From IMG/VR virus record IMGVR_UViG_3300021399_000096: a DNA stretch of 64,000 nt; one strand, given 5' to 3'. Source of the DNA: a virus. Lineage: Duplodnaviria > Heunggongvirae > Uroviricota > Caudoviricetes. Positions 51,537-61,714 of this stretch are shown here, one piece after another. Under the pieces are notes generated by a model. The model did no database searches. It was not told where the DNA came from and saw only the letters and a list, made by a program, of their open reading frames with translations. Positions within the stretch are counted from its first letter, which is position 1. Each line of letters starts with the position of its first letter. The position numbers and the translations under genes are program-made.

Positions 51537-52695
51537 AATCTTCTTCATCAAAACACCATTTTAATGTATGAACATCAGATGTTGCATTAAATAGCCGTTT
51601 ATAATCATCAAAATCATATAATGTAATTTTGCTTTTATAAAAACGTCCAACAAAGTTTCCAGCTTTTTGTCTATATACATAATATAATTCTACTTCAGAA
51701 TTATCAAAAAGCTCAAAAGTTACTTTAGCCTAATCTATAGTTCCCTGAGGAACCATTTTATATCTATATCTTTGAGTTCTATATTCTTTTACTGGTGCAG
51801 AATCAATTAATTCAATTTTATAAGAATTAATTTTATTATTCTAATGTATATATTTTTTAAGATTTTCTGGGAATATTTCAGAATGTGCGGCTTCATTAAA
51901 TCCACCCTTTCCGTCATATTCTTGAAGATCATCTATTAATTCTTTTATATCTTCAGGAATATTATATGTTGCATATTTTCTTCTATATGCTTCAAGCTGT
52001 GCATCATTTAATATATTCAACTCATATATTCTATCTTTAAATGCTTTAACTGCTTCTTTCCAACCTAATGTATTTGCAATAATATATCTGGCAACTATTT
52101 TATTATTATCTTTGCATGAATTTGCAACTCTTTCTGGATTTGAATGTCTATTTTTATAATCAATCATCTTCATCCAGTCTCTTACAGTTGGGGCATATTC
52201 ATCAGTATTAGTTGCATCAACTTCCATATCAAATTTTCTTTCGGCATCTGCTAGTGCAAGTTGTAAATCATCATCCTTTTTAAAATTATATTCAACTTGT
52301 ATTTGCTGTATTGTTTGAATTTTAGAAGATATAATTTTAAATTCTTTATGTTTTTTAATATATTCTTGAATTTTCTATAAATCTTCTCTAATATTATAAT
52401 AACCAAACTAAGGAGAGATTGTTAGTCTTATAGGTTGATTTGAATATACCGAACCAATATAAAGAGTCAATTTGCCATAAGGTTCATATGTAAAACTATA
52501 AAATCTATTTGTTAAATTTGGAATAGATGTAAATTTTTTATAAATCCATTCCTGTATAGTCATTTTTAAAAATTGTTTAAGATCTGCTATATCTATATTA
52601 TGTTCAGGCGTGGCAGTTCTATACTCATTAAGAGCGGTTTTTACTTGCTTAGCAACTGACCTCATTATGTTTTCATATAATATATTTTTATTCAT
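51535..52695 (-). CDS. Leader-family paralog of about 386 aa with four in-frame TAG codons at 52408, 52375, 51841 and 51730.
   Basis: Track ORFs 52408-52695 and 51841-52227 lie in one frame. The whole interval 51538-52695 has no TAA or TGA in that frame. The N-terminus MNKNILYENIMRSVAKQVKTALNEY matches the family leader. The C-terminus reads ...HTLKWCFDEED. Confidence 0.55.
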
Positions 52696-52793
52696 AATTT
52701 TAATAATAATTTTTCAATATATTTATTAAAAAATGAAACAATTTTATTATTACTTATAAAATATTTAAACACAAAAAATAATTTAAAGAAAAT

Positions 52794-53111
52794 ATGAAAA
52801 CATTAATTGTAAAAGCGACAACACAAGACAGAGAAAAAATTACTACATTTATTAAAAAACTAGAAAAATACGCAGACCGTCAAATTAAAGATGCAGTTAT
52901 TTGTACACGTTATCTTAATACCGATAATTACAATACTATTACTGGTGAATTGAAAGATGCAACTAGTTTAGATGACTATGATTTGTTTATTATAGGTTCA
53001 GTAAATCCAACTCTTGAGGTTCTTTCACTTCAAACTATCAATCGTGCACATACTCTTGTTTGTGAAGATAATGATCTTGATTCTGCTAAAAACTTTGTTA
53101 TTATGATCTAA
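52794..53111 (+). CDS. Hypothetical protein.
   Basis: Intact ORF. Confidence 0.35.
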   Translation: MKTLIVKATTQDREKITTFIKKLEKYADRQIKDAVICTRYLNTDNYNTITGELKDATSLDDYDLFIIGSVNPTLEVLSLQTINRAHTLVCEDNDLDSAKNFVIMI

Positions 53112-53121
53112 TAAGATATAT

Positions 53122-54222
53122 ATGAATTATAATTATCCAAATATAGAAGAATCAAGAAACAAAATAAATGATTTGTTTAATGGAAAATCTATAGTATATT
53201 TTCCAATTGTTTCTATGCAAAACAGAGAAACTGGAAATTATAAATTAGATCAAGATGGAAATGTTAATAGATTTATTACATTTTTTTCAAAATGCAACAC
53301 AATGAAACAATTATATATTACACTTCCATCTAATAAAGAAAGCTGCAAATATTATACAGATTTTACTAAATCTAAAAATAATATTACAACAATTTATAAT
53401 ACTAATTTTGGACAACATGCATTAGATCAAAGAGTAAATAAAGATATTATTACTGATCAATATAATGCAAGTAAAGAAATAATAGATCATTCTGATATTA
53501 TAATAGTTGAAAGTCAAGGATTGGCAAATTTGATATTGTCTAATAATCAAAATAAAACCATTATATATTGGTGCCCAGTTTCAGTAACTAATAAAAAATC
53601 TAGATCATTTATTGAGCAATATCGAGAAATAGATAAAGAACTGTTTAATAAAGTAAATTATATAATTGTTGTATCTCCAGAACAATATGATTATTTGATA
53701 GAATTAGGAATCAATTCAGAAAAAATATTATATTATTATGAATTGATGGATCGAAGTCTCCCAGTTTTTAATCGCTATAATCATATAGATACAATATCAT
53801 CTAAGAAAATAATATATCTTCCATTCAGACTTACAGATGAAGGTTACAAATCTGAACAAATTTTAGATATTTTAGAACAATTATCTATTAAATACCCAAA
53901 TAAATTTGTTATTGTTTATTCGGATCCAAATAATTCAAAATTCGAGAGAGTAACAAAAAATCCAAATTTATATTTTAAAATATCTTCAGACAGAGATACA
54001 TATTATTCATATTTGGATTCCAAAAATGTATTGATTCCATATTTTGAAGATATTAATTATGTTAATCATGCATCAATTCATGAGTTTAATAATGAGCAAT
54101 CTAAATGTACAGTTCTATTAAACAATACTGAATATCATGCATATAATATAAAACGAAAAGATATATTATATATTGACTTCGAAGACCTTTATAAAAATTT
54201 AGAGAAATTTATAAATGAATAA
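53122..54222 (+). CDS. Hypothetical protein, possibly a glycosyltransferase-like Rossmann-fold protein.
   Basis: Intact ORF. It alternates beta-alpha patterns, but no diagnostic motif is seen. Confidence 0.35.
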   Translation: MNYNYPNIEESRNKINDLFNGKSIVYFPIVSMQNRETGNYKLDQDGNVNRFITFFSKCNTMKQLYITLPSNKESCKYYTDFTKSKNNITTIYNTNFGQHALDQRVNKDIITDQYNASKEIIDHSDIIIVESQGLANLILSNNQNKTIIYWCPVSVTNKKSRSFIEQYREIDKELFNKVNYIIVVSPEQYDYLIELGINSEKILYYYELMDRSLPVFNRYNHIDTISSKKIIYLPFRLTDEGYKSEQILDILEQLSIKYPNKFVIVYSDPNNSKFERVTKNPNLYFKISSDRDTYYSYLDSKNVLIPYFEDINYVNHASIHEFNNEQSKCTVLLNNTEYHAYNIKRKDILYIDFEDLYKNLEKFINE

Positions 54223-55246
54223 GAATAAAATAATTTGTGGACCGTGTTCAGCAGAAACTAGAGAACAAATCTTAGAAACTGCTATGTAGCTGACATCTTT
54301 AGGATATTATAATTTTAGAGCTGGTGTATGGAAGCCAAGAACTAAACCAGGCGGTTTTGAAGGTCATGGCGAAGAAGCATTAAAATGGTTGGTAGAAGCC
54401 AGAAAACTATATAATATTATTCCATATGTTGAAGTTGCAAATCCATCTCATGTTGAATTATGTAAAAAATATGGAATTAATCATTTGTGGGTTGGTGCAA
54501 GAACATCATCAGATCCATTTGCCACTCAAGAACTTGCTAATTCATTAGTAGATTTTGATTGTGAAGTTTTAGTTAAAAATCCGGTTTCTGCTGATTTAGA
54601 ATTATGGATTGGTGCAATTCAAAGAATCAAAAATGCCGGTGTAAAAACAGTTAAAGCAATTCATAGAGGATTTTCTGATTATAATGAAAAGATTTATAGA
54701 AATAGTCCAATATGGACAATTCCTCTTGAATTAAAATCAAGAATGCCTGAATTAGAAATATATTGTGATCCATCACATATATCTGGAAATTCTCAATTGA
54801 TTCCAAGTTTAATAAATCAAGCATATAATTATGGATTTGATGGATTTATTATTGAATCTCATTGTGATCCAAAAGCAGCTTGGACTGATGCAAAACAACA
54901 ATTGGTTCCATCTGATATGAATACATTAATTTCAGCATTGGAAGAAAAACCAGAAATTTCTTTGGATGAGTATGATAAATTATTATTAAGTTCATATCGT
55001 GAAACTATTAATAATATTGATACGCAACTAATTAAATTCTTTAGTGAGCGAATGAAAATTAGTAAAGAAATTGGAGAATTGAAAGGTGAACATAATATGC
55101 CAGCTTTACAATATGACAGATGGAAAGAATTGTTATCAAAAAATATTGAGTTAGGTAAAACATATAATTTAGATGAAGAATTTATTTCAAAGATTTGGAA
55201 TATTATTCATGAGGAATCTATTAAAATTCAATCAACACAAAAATAA
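54215..55246 (+). CDS. 3-deoxy-7-phosphoheptulonate (DAHP) synthase, KDO8PS-like class I-beta, fused to a C-terminal chorismate mutase. It has one in-frame TAG at 54287-54289.
   Basis: The N-terminus MNKNKIICGPCSAETREQILETAM[TAG]LTSLG...PRTKPGGFEGHGEEALKWL lies upstream of track ORF 54389-55246 in the same frame. IAGPCS-type motif, CDPSH, and a C-terminal AroQ-class CM segment LIKFFSERMKISKEIGELK are present. Confidence 0.7.
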
Positions 55247-55259
55247 AAAATATTAATAT

Positions 55260-56369
55260 ATGAATTTATATAAAGTAGGATGTAATTTTGATTTTGAACT
55301 AATTAAAATAGTCAAAAATCTAAATGAAAAATATAAAGGCAAAGCCCAAGTAAAAGAATTTTTTGGATCTGATGCGGCACATGAAGAAATCACAGCTAGA
55401 CCAGGTTGGAGACTTCCAGATATTTCAATGACCGATTTAGAAAAATTTGTAAAAGAAGCTAAAGAAGCTGGAATATTGTTTAATTATACAATGAATAGTA
55501 TTCAACCATATGGAAGCAAAATTGAAATGATCAATCATAAACAAGATATTCAAAATTTTGTTAAATGGCTTGAAGAAATTGGTGTATATCGTATTACAAT
55601 TGCAAATCCAATGATGGCATTGTTTATTCGTGAAGTATCTAATATTGAATTGGAATGTTCAACTATAATGCATATTGATACTGTTACTCAACTAAAATAT
55701 TATCATGAGACTTTTGGAATTAATAAATTCTGTTGTTCTATTCTTAAGAATCGTAATAAAAAATTCTTAGAGAATGCTGCAAAATATTGTAATGATAATG
55801 GTTTAATATTTGAGCTGCTTTGTCAAGAATTTTGTGGAGTTGCTGGCGAGGATAAAAATGGTGTACCATATGCAACACATTGTGCTTTTAGAGATTCTTG
55901 TTATTTGTGCCATGCAACTAATAGAACTAAAGATGATTCAATGGCATATAATAATTATCCAATGGGATATTGTATGATGGCCAGAGCTAAGAACGAACAA
56001 AATTGGTTAAGAATGAGATGGATTCGTCCAGAAGATCAAAAAGTATATAATGAAATTGGAATTAATTATTTCAAAGTGAGCGGAAGAACTGGAACTACTG
56101 AATATTTAAAAACCGTATTAGAGGCATACATGTCTGAAAACTTTGACGGAAATCTATTAACATTATGGAAGCCTCTTCAAACAATTTTCTCAAAAGAAGC
56201 AGAATTAACATATCAACATCCAGAATATATTGATAATAAAAAACTAGATGGTTTTATAGATCATTGGTTCAAAGGCGATGGATTTGAATGTGAAAATGAA
56301 ATGTGTGGAGTGACATGTAAATATTGCGAAAATTTTTGGAACTCTCATTTTAAAAAAGATGTTGAATAA
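55260..56369 (+). CDS. Hypothetical Cys-rich protein embedded in the aromatic-pathway cluster.
   Basis: Intact ORF with CQEFCG, HCAFRDSCYLCH and CENEMCGVTCKYCE clusters. There is no confident family assignment. Confidence 0.4.
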   Translation: MNLYKVGCNFDFELIKIVKNLNEKYKGKAQVKEFFGSDAAHEEITARPGWRLPDISMTDLEKFVKEAKEAGILFNYTMNSIQPYGSKIEMINHKQDIQNFVKWLEEIGVYRITIANPMMALFIREVSNIELECSTIMHIDTVTQLKYYHETFGINKFCCSILKNRNKKFLENAAKYCNDNGLIFELLCQEFCGVAGEDKNGVPYATHCAFRDSCYLCHATNRTKDDSMAYNNYPMGYCMMARAKNEQNWLRMRWIRPEDQKVYNEIGINYFKVSGRTGTTEYLKTVLEAYMSENFDGNLLTLWKPLQTIFSKEAELTYQHPEYIDNKKLDGFIDHWFKGDGFECENEMCGVTCKYCENFWNSHFKKDVE

Positions 56370-56375
56370 TTAAAA

Positions 56376-56404
56376 AGAACCATTAAAACTAATGGTTCTT
56401 TTTG
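56376..56404 (+). terminator. Rho-independent terminator.
   Basis: Stem agaaccatt / aatggttct followed by a T-run. Confidence 0.65.
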
Positions 56405-56436
56405 CTATAAAATATACAAAATTAATTAAATTAGTA

Positions 56437-56967
56437 ATGACAAATTTATTTGTTATAGAAGGTCAAGATAGAGCCGGTAAAGATACATTACTTCATGATT
56501 TAGAAAAAATAGGATTAACAATATTTAGTCCAGATACAAGTTATCTTCCAAATTATCATAATGCTGATGAATTTAGAGCTGCATTAAAATTATATTTGGA
56601 AAAACAAACTAATGATATGATTAATCTAAATGTAAAAGATTTATATATTGCAAGGTATCAATTGAGTGAATATGTTTATGCTGAATTATTTAATCGACCA
56701 AATTTGTTTGAAGATTATATTAATGGTATATTAAAGGATCATTTTAAAATCAAAAACATTATTTTATTATGGGATACATATCAAGATTATTTGGATAGAT
56801 TAAAAATGATTAATGATGATTATATTGAATATACTGAAGAAGATTTTAATAAAATTAAAAATTTATATTTAAAATATAAACAACCTAATGATGTTGTTAT
56901 TTATGTAAAAACAAATACAACTCGTGAAGATTTAATAACAAAAGCAAAGTAGATAATATGCATGTAA
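56437..56967 (+). CDS. Deoxynucleoside monophosphate kinase, T4 gp1-like / thymidylate kinase-like P-loop kinase. It reads through a TAG at 56950-56952.
   Basis: VIEGQDRAGKDTL resembles T4 gp1 LSGVKRSGKDT and Tmk EGxDGAGKTT. The start is moved to the ATG after the terminator. Confidence 0.5.
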
Positions 56968-57470
56968 GAACATATGGCCATCATGGTTTTGGATCAAAAT
57001 TATTTGATGGAGAATTATCAGAAAAAACTATTTTAGATTTTTTAAGTAAATTAGCTATTGGTGATTGGACATCTGCTAATAATTTGCCAATTATTGGTTA
57101 TTTAGATGGAATTGTATTAAAGCCACATATATATTCTCAATTTTCAAAACCATATACAAGCAGAAACAAATTGAGAACTGGATTTCATACATTAAAACTA
57201 ATTGGACGCATAATAAATTTGAGAGCTGCCACTGGTTCCTGTACAGAAATAGAATTTGACAATGAAGAAGATGCATTAAAGATATGGCAAATGAAATTTC
57301 CAAATGCAGAAATTTGTACAAATGACAATTATATATTTGGAAATATAATAAATGGAAAGGAAGCTGGATTTAAATTTAATGGAAATATATTTGAAATGCC
57401 AGAATGGGACATTAATGTAATTAAAACCCATGGTTATGCAAGAATATATATTGGAAATGCAATTATCTAA
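56958..57470 (+). CDS. Hypothetical protein.
   Basis: Intact ORF. Confidence 0.4.
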   Translation: MHVRTYGHHGFGSKLFDGELSEKTILDFLSKLAIGDWTSANNLPIIGYLDGIVLKPHIYSQFSKPYTSRNKLRTGFHTLKLIGRIINLRAATGSCTEIEFDNEEDALKIWQMKFPNAEICTNDNYIFGNIINGKEAGFKFNGNIFEMPEWDINVIKTHGYARIYIGNAII

Positions 57471-57486
57471 AATAATTAATTAGAAC

Positions 57487-58473
57487 ATGAATTTTGAAGA
57501 AACAATAAAGAAATATATAAATGAACCAAATACTTTTGTATTTGTGGATCAAAATGTTTATAATTTTTGGAAAGATGGATTAGAATTGAATAATGTAATA
57601 ATTATAAAATCATCTGAAGAAAATAAAACATTAAAAACTATTGAAGAACTTTATAGTAAAGTTATGGAAGTTGGTGCTAATAGAGCATCAACTTTTATTG
57701 GAATTGGTGGAGGCATAGTGACAGATATGGTTGGGTATTTAGCTTCTACTTATATGCGTGGTATAAAATTTAAATTTATTCCAACTACTTTATTAGCAAT
57801 GGTGGATGCGGCAATTGGAGGAAAGAATGGCGTAAATTTCAATGGATATAAAAATATGATAGGAACTATTAACCAACCATCTGATGTTCTTGTATATACA
57901 GAATTTTTAGAAACCTTGCCAATTGAAGAAATATATTCGGCTTTTGGAGAAATATTAAAATATGGAATTGGCTTTGACAAAGATATATTTGATATATTAG
58001 AATCACATACTATTACTGAAATAATAAATGACAAAGAACTTTTATCAGAACTAATAGATAAATGCATTTATATAAAGAAAAATATAGTTAAACAAGATGA
58101 AACTGAGCATGAATTGAATGGGCGTCGTCTTTTGAATCTTGGACATACAATGGGACACGCACTTGAAAAATTCTATTCAGAAAATAAGCAATATTCAGAA
58201 TTAAAACATCATGGTTATGCAGTAATATTAGGATTATATTATATTGCTAGATTTATTGAAGACGAAACATATAAAAAACAGGTTATAAAATTATTAAACA
58301 AATATATTAGTGAAATTGGATTTGAAATTGAAGATATAGAACAATTATACAAAGATTCTATTAAATATATGATTAATGACAAAAAGAAAATAGATAATCA
58401 TTTGGTTAATTTTATAATTCCAATTTCAAAAGGAGAATGTAAAGAAAAAATAATAGATACTAATTCATTATGA
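57487..58473 (+). CDS. aroB: 3-dehydroquinate synthase.
   Basis: GIGGGIVTDMVGYLASTYMRGIKFKFIPTTLLAMVDAAIGGKNGVNF matches the AroB nucleotide-binding and metal-binding region. Confidence 0.8.
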   Translation: MNFEETIKKYINEPNTFVFVDQNVYNFWKDGLELNNVIIIKSSEENKTLKTIEELYSKVMEVGANRASTFIGIGGGIVTDMVGYLASTYMRGIKFKFIPTTLLAMVDAAIGGKNGVNFNGYKNMIGTINQPSDVLVYTEFLETLPIEEIYSAFGEILKYGIGFDKDIFDILESHTITEIINDKELLSELIDKCIYIKKNIVKQDETEHELNGRRLLNLGHTMGHALEKFYSENKQYSELKHHGYAVILGLYYIARFIEDETYKKQVIKLLNKYISEIGFEIEDIEQLYKDSIKYMINDKKKIDNHLVNFIIPISKGECKEKIIDTNSL

Positions 58474-58964
58474 TATTCTTTTTTATAGGATATATGGGCT
58501 GTGGAAAATCATATGTGGTTAATAAACTTGCTAATGATTTTAAAGATGCCAAAGTTATTGATATGGATTCAGAAATTGAAAAGCAAGAAGGAAAATCAAT
58601 AACTGAAATATTTGAAACAAAGGGTGAAAAATATTTTAGGAAGAAAGAAACTAAATTTATAGAATCTTTAATTGGATCTAAACCACAAGAAATAATATTT
58701 GTGGCAACTGGCGGTGGAGCACCAATTAAAAATATAGATTTAATGAATGAGATAGGAACTACAATTTATATAAAACTAACCCCAGAAGAAATATATAATA
58801 ATTTAAAGAATGATGATTTAAACAAAAGGCCATTACTAAAAAATCTTAGTGATGAAGAACTTATGAATAAAATCAAAAATGATTTAAAGAAACGAGAAAA
58901 GTATTATAAAAAAGCTAAATACACATATGAAGAAACCAAAAATTCTAATTTTAAATGGCCCTAA
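58470..58964 (+). CDS. aroK: Shikimate kinase.
   Basis: Walker A FFIGYMGCGKS, with ATGGG in the LID region, and a small size of 164 aa. Confidence 0.7.
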   Translation: MIFFFIGYMGCGKSYVVNKLANDFKDAKVIDMDSEIEKQEGKSITEIFETKGEKYFRKKETKFIESLIGSKPQEIIFVATGGGAPIKNIDLMNEIGTTIYIKLTPEEIYNNLKNDDLNKRPLLKNLSDEELMNKIKNDLKKREKYYKKAKYTYEETKNSNFKWP

Positions 58965-60756
58965 TCTAAATTATTTAGGAAAACGAGAACCGGATATATA
59001 TGGCAAAGGATCTTTTATTGATTATTTGAATAATCTTAGAAATCAATATAAAGATATAGATATTAAATATTTCCAAAATAATATTGAGGGAGAATTAATC
59101 AATAAACTTTATGAAGTGAATGAATTTAAAAACTATATTGGTGTAGTTTTTAATGCTGGAGCATATACTCATACATCAATTGCACTTCATGATTGTATAA
59201 AGGCAATTAGTATTCCAGTTATTGAGGTTCATATATCTAATGTAGCAGCCAGAGAAGATTATAGAAAGGTTTCTTATTTGTCTGATGTTTGTAAAGGAAC
59301 AATAACTGGATTTGGTTATGATTCATATAAATTAGGAATTGAGTATTTAGCTAGTAAAATAGATAAGAAAATATATAAACCACTTGAATTAGTAATGCCA
59401 ACATCTAAAAGTGAATTACAAAGAGCATTATTAATTGGAGCTTGTGAAAATACTAAAGTATCTGTTTTAGCATTAAATATAAATTTTCCATTATGTGATG
59501 ATGTATATTCATGTTTAAATACATTATCAAATATGGATTGCAAATCTGCTTTATTAGAAAACAGAATTGTAATTCATGGTGGAAATATTATCAATAGCGG
59601 AAAAGAATATAATGTAAATGTTGGAGAATCTGGAACAACTCTTAGAATGCTAATTGGCATTATGATATTTTCTAAATCTAAAATTACTATTCATCGTGAA
59701 GGAACTTTGGCAAAAAGAAATATTGCATATGCAGAAACATTGGCAAATACTTTTGGAGCTAAATTAGAATATAATGGAGATGATGTAATATTATATGGCT
59801 TACAACATGAAGAGAATAAAAGTACTTTTGGAGATATTTTATCTAAACATGAATTTATATTAGATGGTTCAAAATCATCTCAATACATTTCAGGAATTTT
59901 AATTGGATTTACATTTTGTAATTTATTCAAAGAAATAAATTTATCAATCAAAAATGTAGTATCTCGAGAATATATTGATATAACAAAGACAATGTTGCAA
60001 ACAAATAATAACATCATCAATATTGATAAAAGTGATAATAATGATATGAATTTATATTTGCGTTTTGATATAGAATCAATTGCTCAATCAAGATACAAAC
60101 AAATTATAATAAATCCAGATTTTAGTTCTATAGCGGCAATTACTACAGCAGCATATGGATTAAAAGTTGACAATTTTAAAATAACTCAAAACCCATCTAT
60201 AGGATATTTGCCAGATTTATCTATGTGTGAACAACCAGATAAAATATTTTTAGGAATTTTAAAAGAACATAATTTATTAAATATTGAACTTAATGGATTT
60301 ATGAAAACAGAAATGGAGATAACATATAATGGACAGAATGAAACTCCATTTGAGATATCAATTAAACAATTCCCAGATTTATTTCCATATTTGGCAACTA
60401 TTGCAATATTATCTAATAGAGGCATATATATAATTCATGATATAGATAGATTAGCTAATAAAGAAAGTAATAGAGCTTTAGCTATATTAAATGAATTTAA
60501 TAAATTTGGTGCTAATTGTACTATTGAAAATAATGATTTTATCATTAAACCATTAAACAAAGAATTATTAATTCCAGACAATTATATAATTAATACATAT
60601 AATGATCATAGAATTGCAATGGCTTTAGCAATATTAATATTGTCAATAACTAATAATTTTGACAAAATAAAATTTGATAATGAAAAATGTCTGAATAAAA
60701 GCTACCCATCTTTTATGGAAGATCTGAAAAAATTATTTGAATACAAAAATGCATAA
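58927..60756 (+). CDS. aroA: Bifunctional type II 3-dehydroquinate dehydratase (N-terminal) fused to EPSP synthase (C-terminal).
   Basis: ILILNGPNLNYLGKREPDIYG and HISNV are AroQ type II motifs. GESGTTLRMLIG, the KSSQYISGILIG-like segment and NDHRIAMALAIL are EPSP synthase motifs. Confidence 0.8.
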   Translation: MKKPKILILNGPNLNYLGKREPDIYGKGSFIDYLNNLRNQYKDIDIKYFQNNIEGELINKLYEVNEFKNYIGVVFNAGAYTHTSIALHDCIKAISIPVIEVHISNVAAREDYRKVSYLSDVCKGTITGFGYDSYKLGIEYLASKIDKKIYKPLELVMPTSKSELQRALLIGACENTKVSVLALNINFPLCDDVYSCLNTLSNMDCKSALLENRIVIHGGNIINSGKEYNVNVGESGTTLRMLIGIMIFSKSKITIHREGTLAKRNIAYAETLANTFGAKLEYNGDDVILYGLQHEENKSTFGDILSKHEFILDGSKSSQYISGILIGFTFCNLFKEINLSIKNVVSREYIDITKTMLQTNNNIINIDKSDNNDMNLYLRFDIESIAQSRYKQIIINPDFSSIAAITTAAYGLKVDNFKITQNPSIGYLPDLSMCEQPDKIFLGILKEHNLLNIELNGFMKTEMEITYNGQNETPFEISIKQFPDLFPYLATIAILSNRGIYIIHDIDRLANKESNRALAILNEFNKFGANCTIENNDFIIKPLNKELLIPDNYIINTYNDHRIAMALAILILSITNNFDKIKFDNEKCLNKSYPSFMEDLKKLFEYKNA

Positions 60757-61714
60757 TAGTTTTGGACAAAATATTAAAATAGAAATTTATGGAGGTTCAC
60801 ATACTAAAACTTTAGGAATTAAAGTATATGGACTTCCAAAAGATTTTACAATAGAATTATCAGAATTTGAATTTGATTTAAGCAGGCGGCGTCCAGGTGC
60901 ATTAGGGACCACTAATAGAATTGAATCAGACATTCCGTGTTTAATATGGAATGATGATAATTTACAGATAGAATTTTTGAATGAAAACATTGATGATAGT
61001 GCATATTTGAAATTTGTGGATCATCCACGTCCATCTCATGCAGATTTAGTTCAATATAAAAAATATGGAACAGAATATAATATGTATGGTGGAGGAATGG
61101 CAAGTGGAAGAATGACATTGCCATTAGTTGCTCTTGGAGTAATATGTAAAAAACTATTAAAAGAAAAATATCCAAATATTTCTATAGATGCAAATATTAT
61201 TCAAATCAAAGATGAAACCAATCCAGATAATTTTGAATCTATTATTTCAAAGGCAATTAAAGAAAAAACTTCATTGGGTGCTATTATCAAATGTGTAGTT
61301 TCTAATATGCCAAAATATGTTGGAGAACCATTTTTTGATTCATTAGAAAGTATTATATCTCATTTAGTATTTAGTATTCCGGGAATTAAAGGAATAGAAT
61401 TTGGAGATGGATTTGGTGGAGTTCTAAAAACTGGAATAGAACGAAATGATTTGATTATTGATAAAGATGGAAAAACATTAACAAATAATGAAGGTGGAAT
61501 AAATGGCGGAATCAGTAATGGAATGCCAGTAGAATTTAATGTAGCAGTAAAACCTACTGCATCTATATATAATCCACAAGATACTTTTAATTTCAAAGAT
61601 AATAAAATAGAATCATTACAAATAACTGGACGTCATGATATTTGTTTTGCAAGACGGGTTTCGGTAATTATTGAAGCCATTACAGCATATGCAATATTAG
61701 AATTAATTAGTTGA
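60737..61714 (+). CDS. aroC: Chorismate synthase.
   Basis: FGQNIKIEIYGGSHT, DLSRRRPG, GGGMASGR and ITGRHDICFA match AroC blocks. Confidence 0.75.
   Translation: MNTKMHNSFGQNIKIEIYGGSHTKTLGIKVYGLPKDFTIELSEFEFDLSRRRPGALGTTNRIESDIPCLIWNDDNLQIEFLNENIDDSAYLKFVDHPRPSHADLVQYKKYGTEYNMYGGGMASGRMTLPLVALGVICKKLLKEKYPNISIDANIIQIKDETNPDNFESIISKAIKEKTSLGAIIKCVVSNMPKYVGEPFFDSLESIISHLVFSIPGIKGIEFGDGFGGVLKTGIERNDLIIDKDGKTLTNNEGGINGGISNGMPVEFNVAVKPTASIYNPQDTFNFKDNKIESLQITGRHDICFARRVSVIIEAITAYAILELIS

Noticed and set aside
55260-56369. Assigning the Cys-rich protein to the peptidase U32 or radical SAM families.
   Set aside because: The Cys spacing does not match CxxxCxxC. The U32 signature could not be matched convincingly by eye. 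Left as hypothetical.
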